Below are positions 1-9,075 of a stretch of DNA of 64,000 nt, one piece after another (positions within the stretch are counted from its first letter, which is position 1; every line of letters begins with the position of its first letter). The stretch lies in NCBI GenBank assembly GCA_964583625.1, contig CAZOVA010000001.1, positions 480 to 64,479 of the forward strand, written 5' to 3'. Source of the DNA: an uncultured Pseudomonadales bacterium (GTDB lineage Bacteria; Patescibacteriota; Microgenomatia; UBA1400; PJMF01). Under the pieces are notes generated by a model. It had not been told where the DNA came from. It was given only the letters and a program-made list of their open reading frames with translations, and made no database searches. A program made the translations under genes and the position numbers.

Positions 1-3000
1 GCAATCTCTTCAAAGACATCCGTTAGTGTTGTTTCTGGAGCAGTGACTAGTAGCAATGCTACCTGTGGTGGCACAGAAACAAGTTGTAATGCTGGTTGTT
101 TTAAATACAAAATTTCTTGGATTGGCAATGATAATACTAGTGGAGTCATTAGTAAAAGTGGCAGTTGCTACTTTGGTTCTAAAGCTTTCTCTTGTAATGC
201 TTCTGATCCTGTAACTCCACCCATTAATGCCGCTTGTGGCACCGCTGCTAAAACATATACTACTGGAGCTACCAGCTATGGTAGTGATACCTTTTGTGCT
301 CCTGGCACCTATAGTAGCACTCCTTCTTTCCCCACTTTGGGTAATTCTATCAGCTGGACTTGTAATGGTGTGGGTGGCGGTAGTAATGCCACTTGTACCG
401 CTAGAAGAGCCAGAAATGGTATTTGTGGCAGCGCTAATGGTCAAACTTTTATCCCCAGTGCCACCTCCTTTAGTGGTTACTCTCTCTGTGATGTTGGTAG
501 TGTCTCCCCTGCCACTCCTGCCTTCCCCAGTGCCGGTGGCAGTAGTAGTTGGAGTTGTCTAGGCATTTATGGAGGAGCAGCGGCTAATTGCTCCGCTGTG
601 CGTCAAGCGGTAGGGAGTTGTGGTGGTAATGCCACTACCTTTGTCCATACCGCTGGTGGCTATAGTAGTACCAACAATAGTGCCTTCTGCAGCGTTGGTA
701 GCGCTTCCCCTGTCGCTCCCACCTTCCCCAGCGCCGGTAACAGTAGTAGTTGGAGTTGTCTAGGCATTTATGGAGGAGCGGCGGCTTCTTGTAGCTCTTG
801 TCGCAATCTTTATCCTTTGCAAAATCAGACTGCCTGTCCTGCCAGCTATAGCACAACTGCTTGCGCTAATATGGGCGCTTGTTATCAAACAACTGTCAAT
901 TATTCTTTAAGTTGTAGTAATAGAACCTATGGCTGTTACAAAGCTAAAACTTGTGTAGAAGTTAATGGTAGCGGCTGGACTACCAGTAATCCCTCTCCCA
1001 GACCAGCTATTACTGGTAGTCGTGATGGCAATAATGCTGTTTGTTATCACGCCTGTGCTTACAATAGCCAACCCACTTGTGCCAATTTAGCTTTACAAAA
1101 TGGTAAATTAGGTAGCTACACCACTACTGCCTGTTCTGGCACTAATGTTGTCCAACTTGACCGACTCACTACCTATTATTCCACCGTCTCCAACAATACT
1201 TGTCAAAATCAAACACTCACTTGTTACAAGTGTGCCACTAATGCTCAGTGTGGAAGTGCTGCCAAAATCTATGAAGAAACAGCTACTGCTTACACCGGGG
1301 CTTTGTGTGCCACTGGAACCGCTCCCGTTGCTACTCCTGCCTTCCCCAGTGTGGGGGGCACTGTCACTTGGACTTGCCGAGGGATTAATGATGGAACCGA
1401 TAGTAACTGCACTGCTACTCGCAAACTCAATGGCGTCTGCGGTAGTGCTCACAATTATTACTTTGCCAATACTGCCGCTGGCTATTCCCCTCTTGTTCAA
1501 TGTAGTAAAGGAGCCTCCAGCAATACTGCTTTCCCTGCTTTAGGTCAAACTATCAACTATACTTGTCAAGGGCTTAACACTGGCGCTAGTCCTTCCTGTA
1601 CTACTTGTCGCAATCGCTATCCTATTCGATCATTAACTGCCTGTCCCGCCGGCTATATTACCACCGCTTGTGCCAATCTTAATCCAGCTGCTTGCTTAAC
1701 CCGAAGCGTTAACTATTCACTTGCCTGTAAGGATTATCAATATCCTTGTTATCAGGCGCAAAATTGTAACCAAACCAATCCTCTCACCTCTTCCCCGGCT
1801 TACAATGCTGCTGGTTATTGGGTAGAGGACGGAGTGGTTAATGCTACCAATTTGGCCGTTTATGGACCAGGAAAAATTTTCACTTATGCGGGTAATAATT
1901 ATCATCTAGTTAATGGTTTGGCCAATGGTAATAATCAGATTTGTTATGCTCGTTGTACTTATCCGATTAAAAGAAGTTGTGGTTTGTTTATTGATAAAAA
2001 AGGTAATGAACCAGGTAGTAGTGCTGATCTACCTTACTCAACCAGCGCTTGTGCCAATCCTGCCTCTTGTTGGACTCAGGGAGTTACTTATTCAGCTGTT
2101 GCTAGCAATAGCTGCAGCAATCATATTGTCAACAATGACTTGGGCTTTATCAACAACCCAACTCATTATTGTTACAAACCACAAACTTGTAATGAAGCTA
2201 ATGCAAAGCCCAATGAACGCTATAGTCATGACACTAGTGATCCCAAATATGTTTATCAAAGAGAAGCTAAAGATGATGGTCGAGCAAGAGCTTGTTACCG
2301 TAAAAAAAGATGTAGTGAAATTCCCTCCTCTATTGCCGCTGCTTCATCACCCAACTATACTATTGCTGGTAGCTGTTTGGCTAATCAGTTAATGCTTTCT
2401 TCTCCAGAGGGATATCTCGATGGCTTAACCAATGCCGCTTGTGTCTCTTGTGTTGAAGCCACCGCTCCTTGGTTGCAAATAGTTGATGGTAACTTGTATG
2501 TCCAACAAGAAATTAATGTTTCCTTCCCCAAAGATGTCGATTACCGCTATTTAATTCGCGCCAAAGGGGCCTGTAGCGGTGGGGCCAGTAGTAAAAAATC
2601 TGGTATTCCCGCAACTAGTGGCAATGTCATTATCACCAAAGATGGATTCTGGACCTTCCGTGATCAGACTCAAACAGGAGCCACTGGCACCTTGGGAGCT
2701 CCAGTGAGTGTCAAGACTAATTTTGCCTACTTTAGAGACCGAGTGCAATATGATAAATTGCCAGAATGTGATTTGACCAAATTGCAAAATACTCAAACTA
2801 CTGGTTTAGATTTGGTTGATGGCAGCACCGCTTGTCGGCTCCTAGCAAGCAAAGCCAATCTTAACAATCCTATCTTCAATCTAGCCAGTGGTCAAAAACA
2901 AGTGATTTTTGTTGAAGGGAACTTAACCATTGATGGGGCAACCACTAAATTTACTATTCCTAATCCAACTCCCACCGCTCAAGGAGCCTATTTAGCCTTC

Positions 3001-3378
3001 TTAGTCAATGGGGACATCACCTTTGGCTCTAATTTAGGTCAGGATATGAGTGCCACCTTGGCTTCCACCTGTGATCAAACGCCCACCATTACTGGCGTCT
3101 TTTTGGCAGATGGGAAAATTAGACTCCCCAATACTAGTGTCAAAAACCCCTATACCAATACCTCTTGCGATAAAAGAATTACCCTTGAAGGTAGCTATAT
3201 TGCTTTGGGAGGAGTAGAACTGCAAAGAAGTTTTATTGGCTGTATGCATAATGCCTCAGTCTATCCTGATTACAATGCTCAAACCCCAGCCATTACCTTC
3301 CTTTACCGTCCAGACCTTTTGATTAAAACTCCCAGCTGGATGGATAGAGATATTAAAGTGAGGCTGGAAGTGCCTTAA
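1..3378 (+). CDS. Large Cys/Thr/Ser/Gly-rich modular secreted or surface protein, 5'-truncated by the window edge (the reading frame is open from nt 1; ORF track starts at GTG 43)
   Basis: 1111-aa ORF with no stop upstream in frame. Repeated ~60-70 aa Cys modules of the form CG...C..G..SP..P.FP..G....W.C.G..GG....C. A second repeated module (RN.YP...TACPA.Y.TTACAN...C......NYSL.C......C) occurs twice, near nt 800-960 and again near nt 1600-1780. A Cys-poor C-terminal ~300 aa follows. Confidence 0.55.
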   Translation, partial: AISSKTSVSVVSGAVTSSNATCGGTETSCNAGCFKYKISWIGNDNTSGVISKSGSCYFGSKAFSCNASDPVTPPINAACGTAAKTYTTGATSYGSDTFCAPGTYSSTPSFPTLGNSISWTCNGVGGGSNATCTARRARNGICGSANGQTFIPSATSFSGYSLCDVGSVSPATPAFPSAGGSSSWSCLGIYGGAAANCSAVRQAVGSCGGNATTFVHTAGGYSSTNNSAFCSVGSASPVAPTFPSAGNSSSWSCLGIYGGAAASCSSCRNLYPLQNQTACPASYSTTACANMGACYQTTVNYSLSCSNRTYGCYKAKTCVEVNGSGWTTSNPSPRPAITGSRDGNNAVCYHACAYNSQPTCANLALQNGKLGSYTTTACSGTNVVQLDRLTTYYSTVSNNTCQNQTLTCYKCATNAQCGSAAKIYEETATAYTGALCATGTAPVATPAFPSVGGTVTWTCRGINDGTDSNCTATRKLNGVCGSAHNYYFANTAAGYSPLVQCSKGASSNTAFPALGQTINYTCQGLNTGASPSCTTCRNRYPIRSLTACPAGYITTACANLNPAACLTRSVNYSLACKDYQYPCYQAQNCNQTNPLTSSPAYNAAGYWVEDGVVNATNLAVYGPGKIFTYAGNNYHLVNGLANGNNQICYARCTYPIKRSCGLFIDKKGNEPGSSADLPYSTSACANPASCWTQGVTYSAVASNSCSNHIVNNDLGFINNPTHYCYKPQTCNEANAKPNERYSHDTSDPKYVYQREAKDDGRARACYRKKRCSEIPSSIAAASSPNYTIAGSCLANQLMLSSPEGYLDGLTNAACVSCVEATAPWLQIVDGNLYVQQEINVSFPKDVDYRYLIRAKGACSGGASSKKSGIPATSGNVIITKDGFWTFRDQTQTGATGTLGAPVSVKTNFAYFRDRVQYDKLPECDLTKLQNTQTTGLDLVDGSTACRLLASKANLNNPIFNLASGQKQVIFVEGNLTIDGATTKFTIPNPTPTAQGAYLAFLVNGDITFGSNLGQDMSATLASTCDQTPTITGVFLADGKIRLPNTSVKNPYTNTSCDKRITLEGSYIALGGVELQRSFIGCMHNASVYPDYNAQTPAITFLYRPDLLIKTPSWMDRDIKVRLEVP
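521..786 (+). repeat. Near-identical ~66-nt segments at 521-586 and 721-786, a ~201-bp-period tandem duplication inside the Cys-rich repeat gene
   Basis: ccttccccagtgccggtggcagtagtagttggagttgtctaggcatttatggaggagcagcggct versus accttccccagcgccggtaacagtagtagttggagttgtctaggcatttatggaggagcggcggct. Confidence 0.6.
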
Positions 3379-3404
3379 ATTTTAAGAGTTTAAAATTAAC
3401 AAAA

Positions 3405-3427
3405 AAGCCCTTGTTTTTACAAGGGCT
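3405..3427 (-). terminator. Rho-independent terminator hairpin (agcccttg / caagggct) between the convergent Cys-rich gene and plsC. The T-run lies on the minus strand and the A-run on the plus strand.
   Basis: aagcccttgtttttacaagggct; poly-A on the plus side reads as a poly-T tail for the minus-strand transcript. Confidence 0.6.
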
Positions 3428-3449
3428 ATGATGTAAGTGAGATCTTTTT

Positions 3450-4037
3450 TCAAATCAAAGATTTTAGCTTAGCAATTTTTTCCATTAGTTCATGGGTTGC
3501 TCGCTCATAATCTTCAGCTGTGGGCTTATCTATTTCCGTCAGAGGTGAATAGGCCTGACCGATAACTACTGGTAAAGAATGAAACCAACGCTTTTGTTTG
3601 GGCAGATAGATTGGCACAATGACGGCTTGAGACATTTTGGCCAAAATTACTGCTCCATTTTTTGCTTGACTCGGATCAGCTTTTCGCGTTCCTTCAGGAA
3701 AAATGATCATCTTCTCCCCATTAAGCAAAGCTTTTCGACTTTGTTTTAAAGCTGATAGGTCGTTTTCTCCTCTCTTCACCCAAATCAACCCTAAACGATC
3801 TAAAACAAAACCGATTAGCGGCCAAGACTTTATTTCTTTTTTGGCTAAAACACGCAGAGGAAATTTGAGTTTGAAGGCAAGAATAATATAAAGAGGATCA
3901 GACGCAAAAGTGTGGTTGGAGCAGAGAATTGCTCCTCCCTCAATAGGAATATTTTCTTGAGTAATTATCCTGTAAGGATGGGTCAGCTGAAAAAAAAGCC
4001 AGACTAAACCGTAAAGTATTGAGTAGAAAAATTTCAT
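3450..4037 (-). CDS. plsC: 1-acyl-sn-glycerol-3-phosphate acyltransferase (lysophospholipid acyltransferase)
   Basis: HX4D motif (NHTFASD) and FPEGTR motif; N-terminal TM segment. Confidence 0.8.
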   Translation of the reverse strand: MKFFYSILYGLVWLFFQLTHPYRIITQENIPIEGGAILCSNHTFASDPLYIILAFKLKFPLRVLAKKEIKSWPLIGFVLDRLGLIWVKRGENDLSALKQSRKALLNGEKMIIFPEGTRKADPSQAKNGAVILAKMSQAVIVPIYLPKQKRWFHSLPVVIGQAYSPLTEIDKPTAEDYERATHELMEKIAKLKSLI

Positions 4038-4054
4038 CGCTTCACACCTGCCTT

Positions 4055-5029
4055 TTAATTGTAGTCAGCCAGCAGATCAGAAAGCCCGCCATTAGTTTCA
4101 ATCCTTTCAATTGCTTGAGCAAAAAGAGGCGCAATCGAAAGCTCTTTATAAGGGCAAACCGAATCTAAGAGGTGAGCTCTGGCTGTGCTATTGGTAGTAA
4201 CAAGTAGATCGGGAGGGGTTTTTTTTAGATTTTCCAAAGCAGGGCCAGTCAATTGACAGTGACTAATCAAAACAATAATTTTCCGTGCTCCCTGTTGTCT
4301 GAGATACTGCATGGCAGAGACCAAAGTCCCACCAGTTGATAAAATATCGTCAGGAATGATAACCGTTTTACCCAAAACATTAAGATCATTGGCTACCAAG
4401 CGACTGAGTTGGTCTGATTTGTCAGAAAGTCGCGATTTGGGAAGATAATACAAGGTTTTTTTCAAATTCTCGGCAAAAATTTTACAATTTTTTGCCGCCC
4501 CTTCGTCTGGAGCTACAATTACCGTTTCTTCGTCAACTAGATCTTGTGCTAAAAGATACTCCTGAAAAATCTTCCTTGCAGAAAAGTCTTCAAACTTGAT
4601 TTCCGTCATTGAACGAATTTGCTTGGAGTGTAGGTCTAGAGACATCAGTCTTTCCGCCTTACACAGGGCAAAAATCGCCAAGACTTTGGCTACAAAGCCC
4701 ATTTCTCTACCTGTCGGCTTATCCTGACGACTATAAGGTAAATAAGGAATAATTAGTGTCGGACTGATGGCATCGCATTTGTAGGCCGTTTCTAATAACT
4801 GACTGGCTTGGACCAGCATTTCCGCGCTGGCTGCGTAATCCTGGAAAATATAAGTTTTCCAGCCGCGAATAGTCTCTGGTAGTCGAGCAGCTGTTTCTCC
4901 GTCAGCAAAACGGACTGTAGCATTGGGGATAAACCTTACCAAAAGAGTTGGGTTAATCTTGACCAATTCTGTGGCAATTTCCTTTGCCAGAGGGCTATTC
5001 CCTCCACTAAGAATCACAATTTTCTCCAT
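4055..5029 (-). CDS. prs: Ribose-phosphate pyrophosphokinase (PRPP synthetase), divergent paralog
   Basis: PRPP-binding loop DDILSTGGTL; IPYLPYSRQDKP divalent-cation site; 324 aa. Confidence 0.7.
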   Translation of the reverse strand: MEKIVILSGGNSPLAKEIATELVKINPTLLVRFIPNATVRFADGETAARLPETIRGWKTYIFQDYAASAEMLVQASQLLETAYKCDAISPTLIIPYLPYSRQDKPTGREMGFVAKVLAIFALCKAERLMSLDLHSKQIRSMTEIKFEDFSARKIFQEYLLAQDLVDEETVIVAPDEGAAKNCKIFAENLKKTLYYLPKSRLSDKSDQLSRLVANDLNVLGKTVIIPDDILSTGGTLVSAMQYLRQQGARKIIVLISHCQLTGPALENLKKTPPDLLVTTNSTARAHLLDSVCPYKELSIAPLFAQAIERIETNGGLSDLLADYN

Positions 5030-5183
5030 TTTTCTCCTCCATTCTCTTCACTTGTCAAAGATCTTCACTTCACCTCAAATATTATATCATCGAATGGGGA
5101 AAATTATTATTTTCTCTATCCAAAGACCTATAATATATAAATAGAAAGCCGATAATTTATGATAAGGGGACGTGAAAAAACGG

Positions 5184-5216
5184 TTGACAAAATTCGCTTG
5201 ATTTATATGGTATAAT
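5184..5216 (+). promoter_or_regulatory. Candidate promoter for dut: TTGACA at 5184-5189, extended -10 TGgTATAAT at 5208-5216 (the -35 spacing is long at 21 nt, so it relies on the extended -10)
   Basis: ttgacaaaattcgcttgatttatatggtataat, 9 nt upstream of ATG 5225. Confidence 0.35.
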
Positions 5217-5224
5217 TTGCCACT

Positions 5225-5662
5225 ATGATAAAGGTTCCAGTAAAAATTAAATTATTCGATAAGGACCTGCCTGTTCCCCAGTATCAAAGTAAACTAGCGG
5301 CTGGTTTTGATTTTCATAGTCGTTTTGATGTTTTATTACCAGCCCAAGCAGTTACAATCGTCAAAACTGGGATTGCTGTCTCTTATCCTCAGGAGTATTG
5401 GCTAATGGTGGCAGCCCGTTCTAGTTTACATAAAATAAATTTACAATTGGTGAATGGTGTGGGAGTGGTAGACCCTGATTATCGTGGCGATAATGACGAG
5501 ATTGGCTTACTAATTTATAATTTTGGTGACAAAGAGGTAATGATTAAAAAAGGTTATCGTTTAGCCCAAGGCATTCTCATTCCTAGAATTCTAGCTGATT
5601 TCACTATCGTTGATGAGTTAGGACATCCCGATCGTGGAGGTTTAGGGAGTACTGGGCAGTAA
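5225..5662 (+). CDS. dut: dUTP diphosphatase (dUTPase)
   Basis: 145 aa; conserved dUTPase motifs including the C-terminal GGLGSTG (motif V) and VVDPDYRG. Confidence 0.85.
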   Translation: MIKVPVKIKLFDKDLPVPQYQSKLAAGFDFHSRFDVLLPAQAVTIVKTGIAVSYPQEYWLMVAARSSLHKINLQLVNGVGVVDPDYRGDNDEIGLLIYNFGDKEVMIKKGYRLAQGILIPRILADFTIVDELGHPDRGGLGSTGQ

Positions 5663-6196
5663 GTGCCAAACTTGAGTTTGGGCGGATAAAGTCAATCTTT
5701 CTTTCACTTGAAAGTAATAAGGTTTTATCAGTTGTTTTTCAGCAAAAAGTTTAACCCCTCCTCCAAACATCACTGGTTCTAAAGTTAGATAAATTTCATC
5801 GACCAAATTTTCTTGCAATGCTTGTTGATAAACTCTCGCTCCCCCGCAAATCGCTATTTCTTTTAGCCCTTTTTCCGCCAAAAAAGTCATTAGGGTTGGC
5901 AAAGACATTTCTCCACTAGTGAAAAGAGACCCTTCGCTGTTTTTAGTAAACTGACTTAGTTCCTCCGCTTGCCTAACGGCAGTATGGTCTCTGGTATAAA
6001 CAATGATTTTTCTATCTGGCAAAGGTCGGCCAATGGTGGCAAAAGTTTCTCTTCCCATAATTAAAAAACCAATTTTTTTAGAAATTTTAGCAAACCACTG
6101 CTTGTCTTCCTGACTGGTCCAAATTGTAGAATTTTGATTTTTTTCCTGAGCAATATAGCCGTCTAAAGTGCTAGCGACAATCATTATTTTTTTCAT
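5642..6196 (-). CDS. Dihydrofolate reductase family protein
   Basis: IMGRETFATIGRPLPDRKIIVYTRD and ICGGARVYQQAL closely match DHFR motifs ([23 protein letters not shown] / IGGGRVYEQFL). Its 3' end overlaps dut by 21 nt (convergent). Confidence 0.65.
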   Translation of the reverse strand: MKKIMIVASTLDGYIAQEKNQNSTIWTSQEDKQWFAKISKKIGFLIMGRETFATIGRPLPDRKIIVYTRDHTAVRQAEELSQFTKNSEGSLFTSGEMSLPTLMTFLAEKGLKEIAICGGARVYQQALQENLVDEIYLTLEPVMFGGGVKLFAEKQLIKPYYFQVKERLTLSAQTQVWHLLPSTP

Positions 6197-6198
6197 TT

Positions 6199-6846
6199 TT
6201 ATTTTTTATCTTCTTTCTGATCAAATAAGTCCACTACTGGATAAAAATAGCCTGACTCATCGTCACCAATTTTTTCTTTGCCAGCTCCCCAAAAAGTTTG
6301 AGGGTATTCATCAGTCTCTTGGCTTACAGTCTCTGGTTTTATCTCTTCTTTTAGTTCTCCTCCAATTTGTGAGTTTTCAGCAGAAAAAAGTAATATTTCT
6401 CCACTTTTTCGTTGCCAATCTGGATGACGTTTAACTTGTTTGATAAAATTTTCAATTAACTGTAAATCCTCAGCTAGTTTTTGGTCTTGATGGGTCTGCA
6501 AATATAGAGCAGTCGCTTCCAAAATATAATCGGTCTTCCAATCTTCAAGTAATTGATAGAGAACTGTTTCTAGTTCAGCAATTAGTTTATCACTCGGTTT
6601 TTCTTCGCTCCGACTTAATTCGGACATTTTTAAAATTGCTCTCCTCCATTTAGGAATCTCTCGTCGAACATAAACCATATATTTAGTGTTCTCATGAGTA
6701 AGTTTCTCTTCTCCTTGAGCTCTCAACTTTTCTAAATAATTAGAAAAGTCTTGACCACTAAAAATGAAAGTTAACTGTTGACGCAAATTGGAGTCTCTTT
6801 TTTGTTTGGCTTTTTCAAAATCAATGATATTTGTTTCTTTATTCAT
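6199..6846 (-). CDS. Hypothetical protein (acidic, no recognisable motif)
   Basis: 215-aa ORF, 4-nt gap to the downstream gene, consistent coding composition. Confidence 0.4.
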   Translation of the reverse strand: MNKETNIIDFEKAKQKRDSNLRQQLTFIFSGQDFSNYLEKLRAQGEEKLTHENTKYMVYVRREIPKWRRAILKMSELSRSEEKPSDKLIAELETVLYQLLEDWKTDYILEATALYLQTHQDQKLAEDLQLIENFIKQVKRHPDWQRKSGEILLFSAENSQIGGELKEEIKPETVSQETDEYPQTFWGAGKEKIGDDESGYFYPVVDLFDQKEDKK

Positions 6847-6988
6847 TTTTTAAATGATAACATACCAGACTAAAAAAAGCAAAGCTTTGTAAAATCGAAG
6901 AGAGACTCTTTTAGAGAGTAAAATAAAATGCTATAATCATCTAAGCTTTCTAATTGAGAGCGCTTTAGTGAGTTATTAAAAGAAAGGT

Positions 6989-7783
6989 TTGATGAAAAAA
7001 TTAAGTTTGTCAATAATTGGGCTTTACTCCCTTGGTGCCTTAGGAGCTGGCTTTTTGATTATTTTAGGTATGGGACTAGCTACAAAAATTGTAGGCTTAC
7101 CTGCTTGGCGCCAAGATATTAATATGAATTCTCGTAGCGATCAAAATTTTTTCTCAGCTGAGGGAGATGCTTTAATTGAAGCAGTCCCAGATCAAGCAAT
7201 GATTAATTTAGGAGTAGAGGTCACCGCTCCTACAGTTGCTCAAGCACAAGAGCAAGTTAATCAAATTATTACTAATTTACAAGAAGAATTAGCTACTCTA
7301 AAAATAGAGAAAAAAGACATCAAAACAGAAAATTATTCTGTAAGTCCAGACTATGATTGGGAAAATGACCGAAAAATTCGGGGCTATATCGTCACCAGTA
7401 ATCTCAAGGTAACTTGTAAAGACTTTAATGTTCTCAATCAAGTTATTGATTCGGCAACTAAGATCGGAGCTAATCAAGTTTACGGGGTTAATTTCAGCCT
7501 TAGCGAAGATAAAAAAGCTCAAGTAAAAAAAGAGGCTAGACAAATTGCCATCGAAAAAGCTAAGAAAAATGCTCAAGAATTGAGTGATTTAGCTGGTGTA
7601 AAACTAGGCGATGTCATAAATGTCTATGAATATGAAGTAACTGATGAAATGATGGGCGAAGGCATGGGCTCAGCTTATAATAAACAAGCTTTTGACAGTG
7701 AAGCGGCTACTACTCCCACAGCTATCGAACCAGGATCAACTTCTCTTAACTATCGAGTTTCTCTCACTTATCTCACCAGATAA
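6989..7783 (+). CDS. SIMPL-domain (DUF541 / YggE-like) secreted protein
   Basis: N-terminal TM/signal segment; overall similarity to the 26-kDa periplasmic immunogenic protein family (recalled from memory). Confidence 0.6.
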   Translation: MMKKLSLSIIGLYSLGALGAGFLIILGMGLATKIVGLPAWRQDINMNSRSDQNFFSAEGDALIEAVPDQAMINLGVEVTAPTVAQAQEQVNQIITNLQEELATLKIEKKDIKTENYSVSPDYDWENDRKIRGYIVTSNLKVTCKDFNVLNQVIDSATKIGANQVYGVNFSLSEDKKAQVKKEARQIAIEKAKKNAQELSDLAGVKLGDVINVYEYEVTDEMMGEGMGSAYNKQAFDSEAATTPTAIEPGSTSLNYRVSLTYLTR

Positions 7784-7800
7784 ATTAAAAGATAAAACTT

Positions 7801-7832
7801 AAAAACCCCCACTCATTGAGCGGGGGTTTTTG
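7801..7832. terminator. Bidirectional rho-independent terminator between the convergent SIMPL gene and rubrerythrin
   Basis: aaaaacccccactcattgagcgggggttttt: GC stem flanked by an A-run and a T-run. Confidence 0.8.
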
Positions 7833-7857
7833 ATTCTAATTTCTTTTCCTGCCAAAT

Positions 7858-8439
7858 TTAATACATTGTCCGATCTACTTCATAAAAGGCTTGAGCGTGA
7901 AGACAAGAAGGACATTCTTCTGGCGCTTTTTTACCTATATGAATATAACCGCATTCACGACAAATCCAAATCTGTTCTTCTTCTCTTTCAAAAAAGCCAG
8001 ACTTTACTAGTTTGAGTAAGTGGGCATAGCGCTTGGCGTGACCACCTTCAGCTTTGGCAATAGCCAACATTCTGGCTGCATATTCTTCATAACCTTCAGC
8101 CTTAGCTACAGCTGCGAAATCTGGATACATTGTTTTTTCCTCGTGTAGCTCTCCCTCAATAGCGGCTGCTAAATTTTGGGCGGTTGTTCCTCGAATATTT
8201 GGAACTGAGACCTCATTGAGCATTAAGTTTTGAGAGTTTTCTTCTTTATGGCTTAACTCAACCAGCCACTTAAAAAGGTTGCTCGCATGCTCTCTTTCTT
8301 GATCGGCAGTTTCAGTAAAAATAGCGGCAATTTGTTCATAACCTTCTTTACGAGCCACGCTCGCATAAAAAGTATAGCGATTCCGAGCTTGAGATTCTCC
8401 TAAATACGCTTGAGCAATATTTAAATAAGTTTTTTCCAT
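7858..8439 (-). CDS. rbr: Rubrerythrin
   Basis: Ferritin-like diiron motifs (E..EH repeats) plus a C-terminal rubredoxin-like CRECGY...CPSC. Confidence 0.85.
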   Translation of the reverse strand: MEKTYLNIAQAYLGESQARNRYTFYASVARKEGYEQIAAIFTETADQEREHASNLFKWLVELSHKEENSQNLMLNEVSVPNIRGTTAQNLAAAIEGELHEEKTMYPDFAAVAKAEGYEEYAARMLAIAKAEGGHAKRYAHLLKLVKSGFFEREEEQIWICRECGYIHIGKKAPEECPSCLHAQAFYEVDRTMY

Positions 8440-8527
8440 AATCTATTCCTTTCATCTCCAATTCTACCACGATTTTATTAAATATAATTTAAATTCATTA
8501 TTCTTATCTCAAACAAACAGAGTTTGC

Positions 8528-8550
8528 CTTTATTATTAATAATAATAAAG
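8528..8550. promoter_or_regulatory. 23-bp near-perfect AT palindrome about 90 bp upstream of rbr; candidate Fur/PerR-type operator
   Basis: ctttattattaataataataaag. Its reverse complement differs only around the centre. Confidence 0.3.
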
Positions 8551-8553
8551 TTC

Positions 8554-9075
8554 TTATTGGCCTAAAATTTTTTTCTTTTCCAATTTAAACTCATCCAAAG
8601 TTAAAGCCCCTTTTTCTTTTAGTTGCCACAATTTTTTAATTTCTTCCGCTGGACTAGCCAATTTTTCATTTGCCTCAACTGATTTTTCCCGATATTCACT
8701 GATTTTGTCACCAAGCATATTGGCAAAACGAAGTAAATCCTTTTTGTATATCCAACTAAAATGATGGTCTTCACCCTGGTCGTCAATAATCAAATCACCA
8801 AAAAATAAATTGGTAAAGTATCGAACATTGGCGATTTGCAAATAGGAAATTTCTCTATTAGCTCGACCATAAAAAGTTCGACGGTCGACAAAAAACAAAC
8901 GCTTATTAGTCGCAGCTAAAAGAACAATTGTGGCCCCATTAAAACCTCTCAACAGACCGATCAGCTCCTCATCGTCATCAACTAAATGAGCCAATTCTCC
9001 CAATTCCTTTCTTACTCCCCACAAACTCACTTTGCCTAAATTTTTTATTTGTTTTCTAATCTCTTCTTGTGTCAT
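8554..9075 (-). CDS. Bacterial PH-like domain protein with a C-terminal SHOCT domain
   Basis: C-terminal KKLWQLKEKGALTLDEFKLEKKKIL matches the SHOCT short C-terminal domain; 4-nt overlap with the upstream FemAB gene. Confidence 0.5.
   Translation of the reverse strand: MTQEEIRKQIKNLGKVSLWGVRKELGELAHLVDDDEELIGLLRGFNGATIVLLAATNKRLFFVDRRTFYGRANREISYLQIANVRYFTNLFFGDLIIDDQGEDHHFSWIYKKDLLRFANMLGDKISEYREKSVEANEKLASPAEEIKKLWQLKEKGALTLDEFKLEKKKILGQ

Noticed and set aside
10-444. 144-aa minus-strand ORF at the window start
   Set aside because: Antisense to the clearly coding Cys-rich repeat gene; its low-complexity translation derives from repeat DNA and it has no RBS context.
227-2392. Plus-strand alternative-frame ORFs 227-562, 1145-1543 and 1913-2392 inside the large Cys-rich gene
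   Set aside because: Out-of-frame shadows of a long ORF with hydrophobic, low-complexity translations; the +1 frame at 43-3378 is the consistent coding frame.
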